Origin: Bdellovibrionales bacterium | GTDB lineage: Bacteria > Bdellovibrionota > Bdellovibrionia > Bdellovibrionales > UBA1609 | Assembly: GCA_965200875.1 (NCBI GenBank) | Contig: OZ241456.1 | Span: 384,001 to 448,000 of the forward strand | Direction: 5' to 3' | Length of the DNA stretch: 64,000 bases | Part shown: piece after piece, positions 19,763-30,675 of the stretch | How positions within the stretch are numbered: position 1 is the first letter of the stretch | How the letters are laid out: every line of letters starts with the position of its first letter | The notes under the pieces: generated by a model | Seen by the model: the letters and a program-made list of their open reading frames with translations, nothing else | Told to the model about the DNA's origin: nothing | Databases searched by the model: none | Program-made: the position numbers and the translations under genes

Positions 19763-20548
19763 TTAAAGAGTGGAAATAGTGGATTGCCACTTTTTAACGA
19801 GCTTTGTGAACTGAGAGTGCTCATAGTTGAATAATCGTTTTTTTCGATTTTTAAAATCAGGGTCTTTTGCCTGAATAATTTGTATTACGGTTTTCAGGTG
19901 ATGATCCTCTTCCTGCAAGATGAAATTCAATTTAAATCGAATGGGTTTTGAAATCACTGGATCGCGGACAGAAGCAGATTGCCCCTTGTTTTTTTTATCA
20001 TCAGAATCAGAAATTGCTGTTCGACTTAAAACTTCATTGTAGAGTTTGTAAAGCATGATAGCGCGTTCTTCTATCATCCATGTTGTGTAAAGATAATTAA
20101 GTATATTTTTTCGGGAGGAGTTGGCCAGATCCTCTTCCGCATTGTGATCAATGGCTTGAAAGTAATCTTCAGAATCTGCACCTTTTATCAGGTATTTTTC
20201 CTCAAAAGAGGGGCAATCAGCCGGTGAAAGTTTATGAGCTAGGGTTTTAAAGTAAAAAGCGTGGCGGGCTTCTTCGCTGATATGCTGAAGGAGAGTTAAA
20301 TCCAAGGAGGCGGAATTTTGACTTTTGATTATTTTACGAGAGCCAATATGCTCCATGAAAGCTAGGGTATTCAGCCAGTGAGTATGTTGTTTTGTATTTT
20401 GAACCACTTTTTCCAAAAAAGTTTTTAAGTCGGTTTTTATATTTTCCTGGGTTGAACTTTCATGAGTTGTGTTTTCTTCCATTTTGGAAATTTTTTTTGG
20501 AAATTTGGCTTTTTCCACCTCGATTTGATTTGTACTTTTTTTATACAT
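19763..20548 (-). CDS. ferritin-like/di-metal helical bundle protein
   Basis: paired E...EEARH and E...EEDHH ligand motifs; GGAG RBS before ATG 20548. Confidence 0.65.
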   Translation of the reverse strand: MYKKSTNQIEVEKAKFPKKISKMEENTTHESSTQENIKTDLKTFLEKVVQNTKQHTHWLNTLAFMEHIGSRKIIKSQNSASLDLTLLQHISEEARHAFYFKTLAHKLSPADCPSFEEKYLIKGADSEDYFQAIDHNAEEDLANSSRKNILNYLYTTWMIEERAIMLYKLYNEVLSRTAISDSDDKKNKGQSASVRDPVISKPIRFKLNFILQEEDHHLKTVIQIIQAKDPDFKNRKKRLFNYEHSQFTKLVKKWQSTISTL

Positions 20549-20755
20549 TTTTTGCACTCCTGTTTTATTCAGCCAGTAGGAAAAATCTATTAACATCTTA
20601 TGATACTTGATTTTTTTATAAAAAATCTTAAAAATAACTGCAAGGAAAATCCACATCTGAATAAATGGCATGTTTTTTGACGAGATTCCTGCATCTATGG
20701 AGAAATAGAGTTGCATTTAAAAGTTCACCGAGGTCCAGCTGGTACTGTTTTTGAT

Positions 20756-22171
20756 ATGATTCTTAAACCTTCCGCGAAAATTCATATTATGGGAGTGTGT
20801 GGAACAGCCATGTCTGCCTTGGCGGGATTATTAAAGGAAAAAGGGTATGATGTTCAGGGAAGTGACAGCTCTTTTTACCCCCCTGTATCGGAAGAATTAA
20901 AAAGAATGGGTATTCCTATTCTCAAAGGTTATAAAAAAGAGAATATTCATGAAAACCTGGATTTGATCATTGTGGGAAATGTGATGTCAAAAAACTTTCC
21001 TTCCGCTGAGGCACTTTTAAATTCTCATCTTCCTTATATCAGTTTGCCGTCAGCACTAAACTCCTTCATTATTGGAAATAAAAATACAATTATGGTTTGT
21101 GGGACTCATGGAAAGACCACGACTTCGGGTTTATCTGCTTGGGTTTTACGGGAATGTGGTCTGGATCCTGGTTTTATGGTTGGAGGAGTGACGGAAAATT
21201 TTAAAACAGGGTTTCATTTCAGTGAATCAGATTGGTTTGTTTTAGAGGGGGATGAATATGACACGGCTTTTTTTGAAAAGACACCAAAGTTCATTCATTA
21301 CCATGCCACTCATACTTTGCTGAATAATATTGAGTTTGATCATGCAGATATTTATCGGAATATTAAGGATGTGGAAAAGGCTTTTCGGCTTTTGATAGAG
21401 AAAAAAAATCATTCTTTTTTAATAGCAGGTGTTGATTCTCCTTTGGTGGAAAAGCTTGTGGCCTTTGCAAATCAAAAAGTGATGACTTACGGTATCCACA
21501 AAGGGGATTGGCGTTTGATAGATCGTCAGTCCATTCCCGGAAAAGGGCAGATATTGCAAATAGAGCATTCTTGCCAGGGAATAGAGAAAATTTATATTCC
21601 GCTTCCAGGAGAGCATAATGCTTTAAATGCTTTATCTGTTTGGGTGCTCTCCCGCGTTTTGAATCTCGATAAGAAAAAAACACTTTCCGCTTTTAAAAGC
21701 TTTAAAGGGGTGCGCAGAAGATTTCAGGTTTTGGGTGATTTTTCCGGTATTACTTTAGTAGAGGATTTTGCTCACCATCCCACTGCTGTTTCAGCGGTTT
21801 TGCATTCCGCTCGAGAGATGTATCCTGGTCGGCGTATTCTCGCTGGTTTTGAGCCTCGTTCCAATACCTCCCGGAGAAATATTTTTCAGGAAGAATACCA
21901 AAGTGCATTATCCATAGCGGATTTGGTATTTTGTATGTCGGCACACAATACTTCCCGTATTTTGGAGTCAGAGCGATTTTCCTCGAAAAAATTAGTGAAT
22001 GCACTGCAAAAAAATGGAAAACCGGCTTTTTACGCAGAAAATCCTCGGTCCATGACAGAACTGATCCAAAAAAAAGCTTTAAAAGGAGATGTGATTTTAC
22101 TGATGAGTAATGGGGACTTTGGAGGAATTTACTCTCTACTAAAAAACGCACTCGTTCAGCCGAGTATTTGA
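20756..22171 (+). CDS. mpl: murein tripeptide ligase Mpl (MurC-like Mur ligase)
   Basis: GVCGTAM, GTHGKTTT, EGDEYDTAFF, NIEFDHADIY, DFAHHPTA, FEPRSNT. Confidence 0.9.
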   Translation: MILKPSAKIHIMGVCGTAMSALAGLLKEKGYDVQGSDSSFYPPVSEELKRMGIPILKGYKKENIHENLDLIIVGNVMSKNFPSAEALLNSHLPYISLPSALNSFIIGNKNTIMVCGTHGKTTTSGLSAWVLRECGLDPGFMVGGVTENFKTGFHFSESDWFVLEGDEYDTAFFEKTPKFIHYHATHTLLNNIEFDHADIYRNIKDVEKAFRLLIEKKNHSFLIAGVDSPLVEKLVAFANQKVMTYGIHKGDWRLIDRQSIPGKGQILQIEHSCQGIEKIYIPLPGEHNALNALSVWVLSRVLNLDKKKTLSAFKSFKGVRRRFQVLGDFSGITLVEDFAHHPTAVSAVLHSAREMYPGRRILAGFEPRSNTSRRNIFQEEYQSALSIADLVFCMSAHNTSRILESERFSSKKLVNALQKNGKPAFYAENPRSMTELIQKKALKGDVILLMSNGDFGGIYSLLKNALVQPSI

Positions 22172-22385
22172 TTAGCGCGACATAGTATTTGTATTGCGTC
22201 AAATTTTTTACTTATCTTATAGTCCAATGAAATGTTAGGTCTTTGTTAAGAAGTATTTTATTGCTTTATTGTTCTCATAATGAGTTTTAAGAATAATTTT
22301 GAATATAGTTTTCTAGGGGTAACGAGGCTTTTTTTCATCTGTTTTTTCACCTTCAAAAGTAAAGGGTTGAAGAGGTTTATTTTAA

Positions 22386-23528
22386 ATGAAAAAGTTTTTG
22401 TGGTTTTGCTTCTTGGTTCCCATTTCCATTCAGGCTCAGCTCCAAGACAGTCACTTTTACAAAGTGGATGATAGAGAAGTGTCCTCTGATTTTAAAGTGG
22501 ACAGTTTTTGGAAAACGCATATAGAGGGTTTTTTTATCAGCAACAGAGAAGGGCGTGAACGACTGATGAAGGTCAAACTCTATGGCAAATTTGACTTGGA
22601 GTTCAACTCCTATATATCCGCTAAATTTGAACCTTATCTTGTTGTAAAGGAAGGGGAAGTTCAACGACGTTTTGTTCGTCCTGAATCTTCTATTATACAA
22701 ATGCGCCAAGGTTTTTTCGACATAAGACCCGCTGATGGTTTTAATCTGCAAATAGGAGCTGTTAATCAGGAGTATTTAAGCTCACCTCTTCTGATATCCG
22801 ATCACGCATTTTTGTCTGCGTTGTTTGGTTATTCTTACATAAAGAAGAAGTATGAAGTGCAAACAGTCATACAGCAAAGTATGCCTTCCATTGTTAACTC
22901 TTTTAACAGATACAATGAAATAGCGGATGCACCATTATTTACTTCCTGGTTCACTTATGGAGAGTGGATTCCCTCAGATTATTATTCCTTTAAAGGTCAT
23001 GTTACCGGTTTTTATTTTAACAGTCTTCCTTCTTTTATTGCCCATCAAAGTAAAAGTTACGGGAATACTATCTTGGGCCAAAAATCCAGTGCTGAGTTTG
23101 CTTACTCTTATTACGGGTTTAATTTTGATTTCAGTTCACAGATTCGGCTCACACCGGCAATGTACTTTTCTGTTGGCTACAATGGTTTAATGAATATAGG
23201 TGCTCCCACTGGGAAAGCTTGGGGAGAAAGAGTATACAGTATTTTGGACATGGATTTTTGGAAATTTGCCAAACTGTATTCTTATATCGAATATTTTTAT
23301 AATAATTCAGATTCTGCCCCGGCATATTTCAATAGTGAAATTTACGGGCGAAACGACAGAAAAGGTTTTTTAACGGAGATAAAGGCTTTTTTTCCAAACG
23401 GAAATTTTGAGTTGGGTTTTCGTTATGTTTTATCTTCGGCTATTCAAAAACAAATTATCAACTCATCCTTAGGAGACCGGCAACATTATTTTATGGTGTT
23501 TGTAAGTTCACGCTATTCTTCCATGTAA
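22386..23528 (+). CDS. putative outer membrane porin-like beta-barrel
   Basis: signal peptide, aromatic-rich alternating strands throughout. Confidence 0.65.
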   Translation: MKKFLWFCFLVPISIQAQLQDSHFYKVDDREVSSDFKVDSFWKTHIEGFFISNREGRERLMKVKLYGKFDLEFNSYISAKFEPYLVVKEGEVQRRFVRPESSIIQMRQGFFDIRPADGFNLQIGAVNQEYLSSPLLISDHAFLSALFGYSYIKKKYEVQTVIQQSMPSIVNSFNRYNEIADAPLFTSWFTYGEWIPSDYYSFKGHVTGFYFNSLPSFIAHQSKSYGNTILGQKSSAEFAYSYYGFNFDFSSQIRLTPAMYFSVGYNGLMNIGAPTGKAWGERVYSILDMDFWKFAKLYSYIEYFYNNSDSAPAYFNSEIYGRNDRKGFLTEIKAFFPNGNFELGFRYVLSSAIQKQIINSSLGDRQHYFMVFVSSRYSSM

Positions 23529-23547
23529 TTCATTTTTCGTAATTCAT

Positions 23548-23592
23548 TCTTCCTTGTAATCTTAACCAAATGTCTTCCCTGTAATCTTAACC
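23548..23592. repeat. 20-bp direct repeat, 2 copies
   Basis: TCTTCC(T/C)TGTAATCTTAACC at 23548 and 23573. Confidence 0.7.
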
Positions 23593-23806
23593 CAGTGAAA
23601 AAAATTATTAGGGAATCCGAAAAACATAACATAAAATCTTTCTATACAGGTCAAGAACATTTTTCCAATGTCATTAAAAATGTTATTTTTTTTGTAATCT
23701 TTCTTTCTCCTCTTGATTTCAGAGATTTTTTTTTTTATAGCGAACACATAAGGTTAAAGTGGTTTTAAAAAAAAACCTTTCTGGTAGGTTTATTAAATAA
23801 AAAATT

Positions 23807-26800
23807 ATGAAAAAAACTATACTTCTTCGAGTTATTATTTTTATTCTTCATGGTTTGTCTTTACCAGACAAATACTTTAGCCGTGTAAAATATCTCCCGT
23901 GGAATCGATTTAAAAATCAGTCTGCTTTCGTATGTAGAAGGCTTGCGATTTTGTTGTCTTTTTCCCTGATGTCTTGCTCTTTTTTTATTAGTGACGACAG
24001 CAGAGGACCCCTTGGGGGCAATACAAATAATGCGAATTTTATTCTGGATCAGGTGGAAGGAAGAGTAGTCACTGCGAGTGTAAATGGTCTGCCAGAGGAA
24101 ATTCAGATATTTTATAAAGCCTGTTTTCGGGATTTCATTCATCAGGATAACACCTTACAAAACAGTGTATTTAAAATTCATCTCTTTGAAACTCCTGATA
24201 TCAGAGGAAATCTAGGAAAAGAAAAAAAAGAAGGAGAACTAAACCGTGTTTCAACAAATAATTCCACCGAGTATTTCCCTGACCCTGAAAATCCTATAAA
24301 CACAAGTATTGAAGAAGGGGAAAACCCTTTGGAGACAGAGGAATGTTCTGAAAGCTCTTCTTTTTTATTTTCTGAGGTTTCCAACAAAAAATCCTGCCTT
24401 AAAATCAGGACTGACTCCAGTGGTTGTTTGATCTGGACAGAAGTATATCCTTATTATCCTGTTAATCAGTCGGTTTGGTTTCACTATAGCCGGACTTTTG
24501 AAGGTACAGGGGTTAATCATGGTGTCATTACTATACCTATGGCTGTCAATCCCTGGTTGTCTTTTGATCCTTCTGGTTCAGCTATTCAGCTTCAGTTAGT
24601 GGATTTGCGTTATCATCCTGTAGATCAAAAATGGAAGCTGGTCAGGTTAAAGGACGAAGATATTACCCAGTGTCTCTCCTGCCCTTCAGATAGGGAAACA
24701 AAAGATTGTGAAATTTGCCAAAAGAAAAAAATGAGTTTATCTTCCGTTATTGCCCATTTTGAAAAACAGGCAGATCGTCCTCGTTTATGGATAGATGAGA
24801 TGGATTCTTCTATCAGTCAGGAACATATTGTTATTGATCAGAATCCAGAGGATATGCCTCAAGAGCAGAGGCAGGCTTTAAAACAATTTAAGGTGTGCCA
24901 TTTTGATGTAAAAGAAAATTGCGATCCACCGGGCCGGTTCTTTAAAGTGAGGTTACGTATACCTCTTCATATTAAAGTGAGAAATTACAGAAATGAAGAA
25001 GAGCTTCTCCCTTTGACTCGCGGAAATTATTCTCTAAAAGCCTATTTGTTTTTACAAGGTAGTGACGGCAGAAATATTGTACTCCACAGGGATATGGATT
25101 TTATATCAACCCCTTTACACCGAGGATCCAAAGGAACTGCTTTAAACCCTGAATTTTATCTTCATATTCCATACGAGAACTACAGTTTACGGGCTTTTTT
25201 AGGGTTAAAAATACAAGCGGAAGGGGAGTTAAAATCTTTTTTTCTTCCGTTTGAAAGTGTGTTTTCTTTTTCAGATCGTTTAAGCAGTGTTATTGAAACA
25301 AACTCTCTAACTTTAGATCGAAACACTTTATCTTTTTATGAAAAACAGCCAGCTAAAACCGAATATTCTCTTATGGATAGCTACAATCTGACGGGTTCTT
25401 GGTTACAAATTAACAGAACGGTTGAGGGTTTTCGGCGAGCAGGCTGGGACATTAAGCTTAATCGTTTTCGGTTTTCGGAGATTAGTATGAGAGAAAACGA
25501 ATGTCCCACACCAGTGGATCGTACTATTCGTTATGTTGGTGAAGTGTGTATTATTGATCCTCTCACTAATAAAGTGGTGCCCAATATTGATATCACCATT
25601 CAGCGACAGGATTTCTTTACCAAAAATTCCCTAGGAGGGGAGATTGTCAATATATCAAGTACATCAACAAATGGTATAAACATAGCTTCATTTAATAAGG
25701 AGGGTAACCACTATGATTTGACCGGCGAACTAGTATCAGAAGAAGATAAATACAAAGCAGACACCAGTGGGTGTTTACAATGGGTGGATCACCTGTACCA
25801 TAAATGGTATGATCGGGAAAAATACTTTGTCAGGAAAATGATTTTTTCGAAAAGAGAATGGGGTTTTGAGGGAGAAAGAATGATTGCCATTAACCCCTGG
25901 CATTGGGGCTTTGTCTTCTTTCAGGATATAACTCAGTTAGGTCAATCTTCTATAAGAACCGATAGAACCGATGCGAGTCGGGCAGCGCGCCCTAAAATTA
26001 TTTTACATGATTTCAGAAGCTTGCTTGTGGATCTTGTTTATACTATTGATCGTTGGCTGGGCATTAATATTTTCCAAAATATATTATTCCTTTTTAAGGC
26101 AAGGGTGGAGCGACCTGACAATATATCCGTAGCATTGGGAGGACAAAGACCTTCCGCTCAGGATCTCAGGAGGGGATATTATTTCCTCCGATTTATCCTC
26201 GTAAAATCACACACAGAAGAAGCAGGTGGCAAAGGCAATATAGTTGTCGACGATCGAGAATTTCGGAAACAATACATTAGATCCCAAGACTTTAATACTA
26301 ATAATGGCTGGAGTATTGGCAGAGAACAAAATCAGACTGGACAAATGATGAATACCAACTTGGAGTATATCACACACTATGAAACTTATGTACAGGTTAG
26401 GGACGGTATTGTAAACGCCTATATCAACTTTTTATTTAATTTGGATCAGTTTATTTTTATTGGCTCAAATAATCGTCTGATTGTTCAGATTTTTCCCACA
26501 GATCCAAAATATTATGTCTACAATCCTGATTCTTGTGAAGTTGATCCTTCAAGATCCATATTTGAACCTTTTGAATATCATGATCTCATAAGCCAACCGT
26601 TTATGGGCACTTTTGTGCCCGGTGATCAAAGAAATTGGAATATCTTTAAACCCTTAAATGATAATGTTAATTTGGATGTTCATAAACAGATAGAGAAATT
26701 TATCAAACAAGGAAAAAACTCTGAGGAGCATCTCTTGTTTATGAAATTGCAAACCAATCTTACTGTTGAAACAATCAATGATGTAAGTTCGAATGCTAGT

Positions 26801-29266
26801 CAAAAAATCAGTAACATAGGTTTTGATTTTGAGAAATTGTATGAAGATATGGATAACTTTTTAAGGGTAGATGTAGATCCTGCTATATTATCTGCATTTA
26901 ATCAGACAAAAAACACACTTATTGAGTCCATAGACAAAGTGGATTCCGATATTTCCACAATACTTAATGGCTTCGATAGCAATGCTCTTCAGCAACAAAG
27001 TTTTTTTACAAAAATTCAACAACTTTTACAGGAAGCTTTATCTTTGTTAAATAATTTTACACTACCTTCCAACGAACTAAAACAGGAAGTGGAAAAAATT
27101 CAAAAGGCTTTTAACCAAGAAGTTGTGTCTTTTGTGTCATCAGATATATCTCCCGAAAAAGCAGAACAATTACTAAAGACAGAACGACTATCCAACAAAT
27201 GGTTTCATCCCGAGTTATCTTTTCCTGAGAATGAGCAGGATTGGTCTGGGTTTAATATGAATTTATTTGCAAAAGCTGAAGGTTTAAATGTGATCTCAGT
27301 GGACAATGAAAATGTAATAAACGAATTTTTAGACGACTTAAAGGACTCCGCAAAAATTCATAATACCTATTATAAAAAATATAAGAGACTTAAAGCAGAC
27401 GAAATGGATCAAAAACATAAAGCTTTTCAGGAAATGGATCAAAAACATGTAGAGGATTATAATGTAACTTATGAATGGAACCAGCATAATGAAAATGTGC
27501 AAAATCTTGAGGAAGAAGCAGTTTTTTTATTGAATAATTTTAAATTGTTGGAAGGAGATGATTTTTATACCGTGAGGCAAAAAATAAACCAGATGTTTTT
27601 ACCAGATTTTTCTCGATCTTGGTTGGATAAAATTTTAAAAGATGGAGTACATGTAGGAACCCTGTACAAACCGGAAGTGATGACTTTTTTTCATTCTCTT
27701 TGTGTTTTTTGGTTTGATAAATTTTACAAAAAATATTTGAAAAAGCACCAGCTAAAGACTATTTACAATAAACATTTGGAGCATTTTAATTATTATAAGG
27801 CCACCCTAGACTATCTGCAAAACAGTAATTCACCGGCGCAATATGTTGATCTTTTTCGAGCTATGCAGTTGTATAATTTACAATCTTTAGACAAAGGATA
27901 TTTCGACAACATAGATGATACATTTCTTTATAACCCTTTTAAAAGTCCTCAGGACAAAATAGAAGAAAGTTGGTTGAGTGATTTGCTTGATTTATTTCAT
28001 TTGGCCAAACGAGAAGAGCAGGAAACTTTTAGCAACAAAACAGTAACACAAAATCTTTATGATAGCCTAGAATATATATTAAACCAGACCGATCAGGATT
28101 ATCGTGCTACCACATCATATAACCATACCTTCTCATCATCTATGAGTCCTCAGTCTTATTTTTTTGATCGCTTAAAAGAGTATCGTCATCCTCTCTTTAA
28201 GTGCATAGCTGATCCTTTTAATTTTTTTCATATAGAGGAAAAAATTATAGTGGGGGATATTAGTTCTGACTACTCTGAGTTGAAATATGAACATGGTCTG
28301 ACTAAATCTTATACTATGCAAAGGGCTTTTGATTACGCTTATTCGGCTCAATGGTCCATGTCTCGATCTTTTTCCACTTCTCTTGGAACGGGGTTTGTTG
28401 TCCCAGGAACAGTAGGAATAGGAGATGCAGGAAAATTTTTGAATCCGTTAAATACAATAACCTCTTTTCTGTCTTTTAGTGGTGTGAAGTTATCCAGTGA
28501 GTGGTCAACCAGCAGGTCAGACACAACGGCCAACCGCCGGCAACAATCTTTGCGCTTTGCCGAAGAAGGTTTATATTTGCAGATCAATCATTCTGTTATA
28601 TCCATTGGCTTAAAACGCTATCGTCATTGTCTAATTGTACGGGCAAAGAACCATGCTTTTGAAGGATATAATAAAAATGTTATATGGAGAAAAGATCTGG
28701 CGGAAAATTTTATATATCAAATTCCCTATATAAAATCCGGCTTGATGATTTGTTCCCAGGATATTGACACAACAAAAAGACAAGACCCTTTTTCCATAAT
28801 GGAAGATTATTTCTATATGTATCAACTTGTACCGGGAGATAGAGGGCAATTTCAAAATCCGCTAAGCTTCAGGAACAGACCTTTTGTGATATCTGTAAGA
28901 GGCATAACAGAGATGGAAAAACTGGGCTTTCTTTTGCACTCCTCCGTGGAACCAGATAAAACAGAGGGTCAGGAAGATTATAATCCTTTTAAAGGGATGA
29001 CAAATCCCTACAATCGAGTACCCTCTGTGACTGATGGAACGAGAAAGGCAATTCAAAAAGCAAAAATTTGGGATAAAACAGGTTTTTATCCTGGAGTGTA
29101 TAATCGTAAACACGATCAACAGCATTACTTTTTTACTCCGTCAGAAAAGAAAAAAAACATGCTCGAGCAACTCGGAGCATGGTTAAATAATGGAAATCCT
29201 CTGGGACCTATCCGGTCTTCTGATGATGAAACAACACCTCTCACAGAAAGAGGAGAATCTCCTTGA
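23807..29266 (+). CDS. giant hypothetical protein (1819 aa), probable lipoprotein
   Basis: uninterrupted 5.4-kb ORF; hydrophobic stretch plus LMSC lipobox near residue 57; internal duplicated module. Confidence 0.85.
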   Translation: MKKTILLRVIIFILHGLSLPDKYFSRVKYLPWNRFKNQSAFVCRRLAILLSFSLMSCSFFISDDSRGPLGGNTNNANFILDQVEGRVVTASVNGLPEEIQIFYKACFRDFIHQDNTLQNSVFKIHLFETPDIRGNLGKEKKEGELNRVSTNNSTEYFPDPENPINTSIEEGENPLETEECSESSSFLFSEVSNKKSCLKIRTDSSGCLIWTEVYPYYPVNQSVWFHYSRTFEGTGVNHGVITIPMAVNPWLSFDPSGSAIQLQLVDLRYHPVDQKWKLVRLKDEDITQCLSCPSDRETKDCEICQKKKMSLSSVIAHFEKQADRPRLWIDEMDSSISQEHIVIDQNPEDMPQEQRQALKQFKVCHFDVKENCDPPGRFFKVRLRIPLHIKVRNYRNEEELLPLTRGNYSLKAYLFLQGSDGRNIVLHRDMDFISTPLHRGSKGTALNPEFYLHIPYENYSLRAFLGLKIQAEGELKSFFLPFESVFSFSDRLSSVIETNSLTLDRNTLSFYEKQPAKTEYSLMDSYNLTGSWLQINRTVEGFRRAGWDIKLNRFRFSEISMRENECPTPVDRTIRYVGEVCIIDPLTNKVVPNIDITIQRQDFFTKNSLGGEIVNISSTSTNGINIASFNKEGNHYDLTGELVSEEDKYKADTSGCLQWVDHLYHKWYDREKYFVRKMIFSKREWGFEGERMIAINPWHWGFVFFQDITQLGQSSIRTDRTDASRAARPKIILHDFRSLLVDLVYTIDRWLGINIFQNILFLFKARVERPDNISVALGGQRPSAQDLRRGYYFLRFILVKSHTEEAGGKGNIVVDDREFRKQYIRSQDFNTNNGWSIGREQNQTGQMMNTNLEYITHYETYVQVRDGIVNAYINFLFNLDQFIFIGSNNRLIVQIFPTDPKYYVYNPDSCEVDPSRSIFEPFEYHDLISQPFMGTFVPGDQRNWNIFKPLNDNVNLDVHKQIEKFIKQGKNSEEHLLFMKLQTNLTVETINDVSSNASQKISNIGFDFEKLYEDMDNFLRVDVDPAILSAFNQTKNTLIESIDKVDSDISTILNGFDSNALQQQSFFTKIQQLLQEALSLLNNFTLPSNELKQEVEKIQKAFNQEVVSFVSSDISPEKAEQLLKTERLSNKWFHPELSFPENEQDWSGFNMNLFAKAEGLNVISVDNENVINEFLDDLKDSAKIHNTYYKKYKRLKADEMDQKHKAFQEMDQKHVEDYNVTYEWNQHNENVQNLEEEAVFLLNNFKLLEGDDFYTVRQKINQMFLPDFSRSWLDKILKDGVHVGTLYKPEVMTFFHSLCVFWFDKFYKKYLKKHQLKTIYNKHLEHFNYYKATLDYLQNSNSPAQYVDLFRAMQLYNLQSLDKGYFDNIDDTFLYNPFKSPQDKIEESWLSDLLDLFHLAKREEQETFSNKTVTQNLYDSLEYILNQTDQDYRATTSYNHTFSSSMSPQSYFFDRLKEYRHPLFKCIADPFNFFHIEEKIIVGDISSDYSELKYEHGLTKSYTMQRAFDYAYSAQWSMSRSFSTSLGTGFVVPGTVGIGDAGKFLNPLNTITSFLSFSGVKLSSEWSTSRSDTTANRRQQSLRFAEEGLYLQINHSVISIGLKRYRHCLIVRAKNHAFEGYNKNVIWRKDLAENFIYQIPYIKSGLMICSQDIDTTKRQDPFSIMEDYFYMYQLVPGDRGQFQNPLSFRNRPFVISVRGITEMEKLGFLLHSSVEPDKTEGQEDYNPFKGMTNPYNRVPSVTDGTRKAIQKAKIWDKTGFYPGVYNRKHDQQHYFFTPSEKKKNMLEQLGAWLNNGNPLGPIRSSDDETTPLTERGESP

Positions 29267-29281
29267 GCTTTTTAATAATAT

Positions 29282-30463
29282 TTAACTCAGGGATTCCAAT
29301 TCTTTTGTGATATTTTTTTGCAGGGCTTCGTTGGTGCCTCCGCCGATTTCCAACAGTTTGGCATCTCTCCATAGTCGCTCTACATGGTACTCTCCCACAT
29401 AGCCATAGCCTCCTAAAACCTGAATGGCTCTGTCTGCCACGCGTTTTCCCATTTGCGCGCAAATTAATTTGGCTGTATCTGCGTTCAGCCTTTGCCCGGC
29501 CTCATTCAAGTTCATTCTTCTGGCGATGTTATAAACATAAGTTCTGCATGCCATATATTCTGCGTAACTCTCAGATAAGTGTTGTTGAATTTGCCCGAAA
29601 CTTCTGATACTTTGCCCAAAAGCTTCCCGCTCACTTGCGTATTTATTCATTTCCACCATGCACCTTTTGGCAATACCTAGGCTCATAGCCGCTAGGCTTA
29701 GTCTTTCAATTTCCAGATTTTTCATCATCTGAACTAGAGACTCTCCCTCTTTTCCAATCAGATTTTCACGGGGAACTTTACAGTCATTAAAAACCAATTC
29801 TGCCGTATTGGAAGCACGCATGCCAGTTTTGTCTTTTATTTTTTGCCCGACTTCATAGCCTGCGAAGTCTTTTTGTACCAAAAATGCAGAAATTTCTTTT
29901 TTATCAGATTGAGCATAAAGCAACACACAATCGGCGGGGGTTTTGTGATCGTCCAAAGCTCCGTTGGTGATCCACATTTTCCTTCCGTTTAAAATAAAAT
30001 GATTTTCTTCTTTTTTAAACCGGGATTTCATACCGAACACATCCGTACCCGCGGAAGATTCAGACATTGCCATCGCTCCCACCCATTCTCCTGAGCAAAG
30101 TTTTGGTAACCATCTCTTTTTTTGCTCTTCATTGGCATTGATGGATATATTGTGAGCGCAAAGTATGGCATGTGCCAAATAACCAAGACAAAACCCCGGA
30201 TCAGAACTACTTAATTCCTCATGAGTAATCACAACAGATAAAGTGTCCATGCCGGAGCCTCCAAAAGCAGGGTCAACAGTGATACCCAGAAGACCTAAAG
30301 CCCCCATTTTTTTGAAAAGCGACAGATTAAAATGTTCTTTCCGGTCATTTTCCAGAGCTTGTTTTTCCACTTCATCCTTTACAAAAGAAGCAATAGTGCT
30401 TCTAAGTATTTGGTGATCTGCCGTGGGTTGAAATAAGTCATATTTTTGCCATTCTTCCGCCAT
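29282..30463 (-). CDS. acyl-CoA dehydrogenase, isovaleryl-CoA dehydrogenase-like
   Basis: AMSESSAGTD, KMWITNG, GMRASNT, LGGYGY, RDAKLLEIGGGT. Confidence 0.9.
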   Translation of the reverse strand: MAEEWQKYDLFQPTADHQILRSTIASFVKDEVEKQALENDRKEHFNLSLFKKMGALGLLGITVDPAFGGSGMDTLSVVITHEELSSSDPGFCLGYLAHAILCAHNISINANEEQKKRWLPKLCSGEWVGAMAMSESSAGTDVFGMKSRFKKEENHFILNGRKMWITNGALDDHKTPADCVLLYAQSDKKEISAFLVQKDFAGYEVGQKIKDKTGMRASNTAELVFNDCKVPRENLIGKEGESLVQMMKNLEIERLSLAAMSLGIAKRCMVEMNKYASEREAFGQSIRSFGQIQQHLSESYAEYMACRTYVYNIARRMNLNEAGQRLNADTAKLICAQMGKRVADRAIQVLGGYGYVGEYHVERLWRDAKLLEIGGGTNEALQKNITKELESLS

Positions 30464-30675
30464 AGAATACTCTCCTTTTTTTGGTTATTTCCCGGTGTTT
30501 TTTCAGACTGGCAATATTATAGAGAAACCCTTAAAAATTTCCAGTAAACTCCTCCGTTTTTCTGAAAACCTTGGAGATAGCTTGCCAAACGACTTTGAAA
30601 ATGCTTGTAATATATAATGTTTTTAAGTTATTGCTAGGTAATAATATCAGTTAGGTAATATCAGTTGGTGATGTC

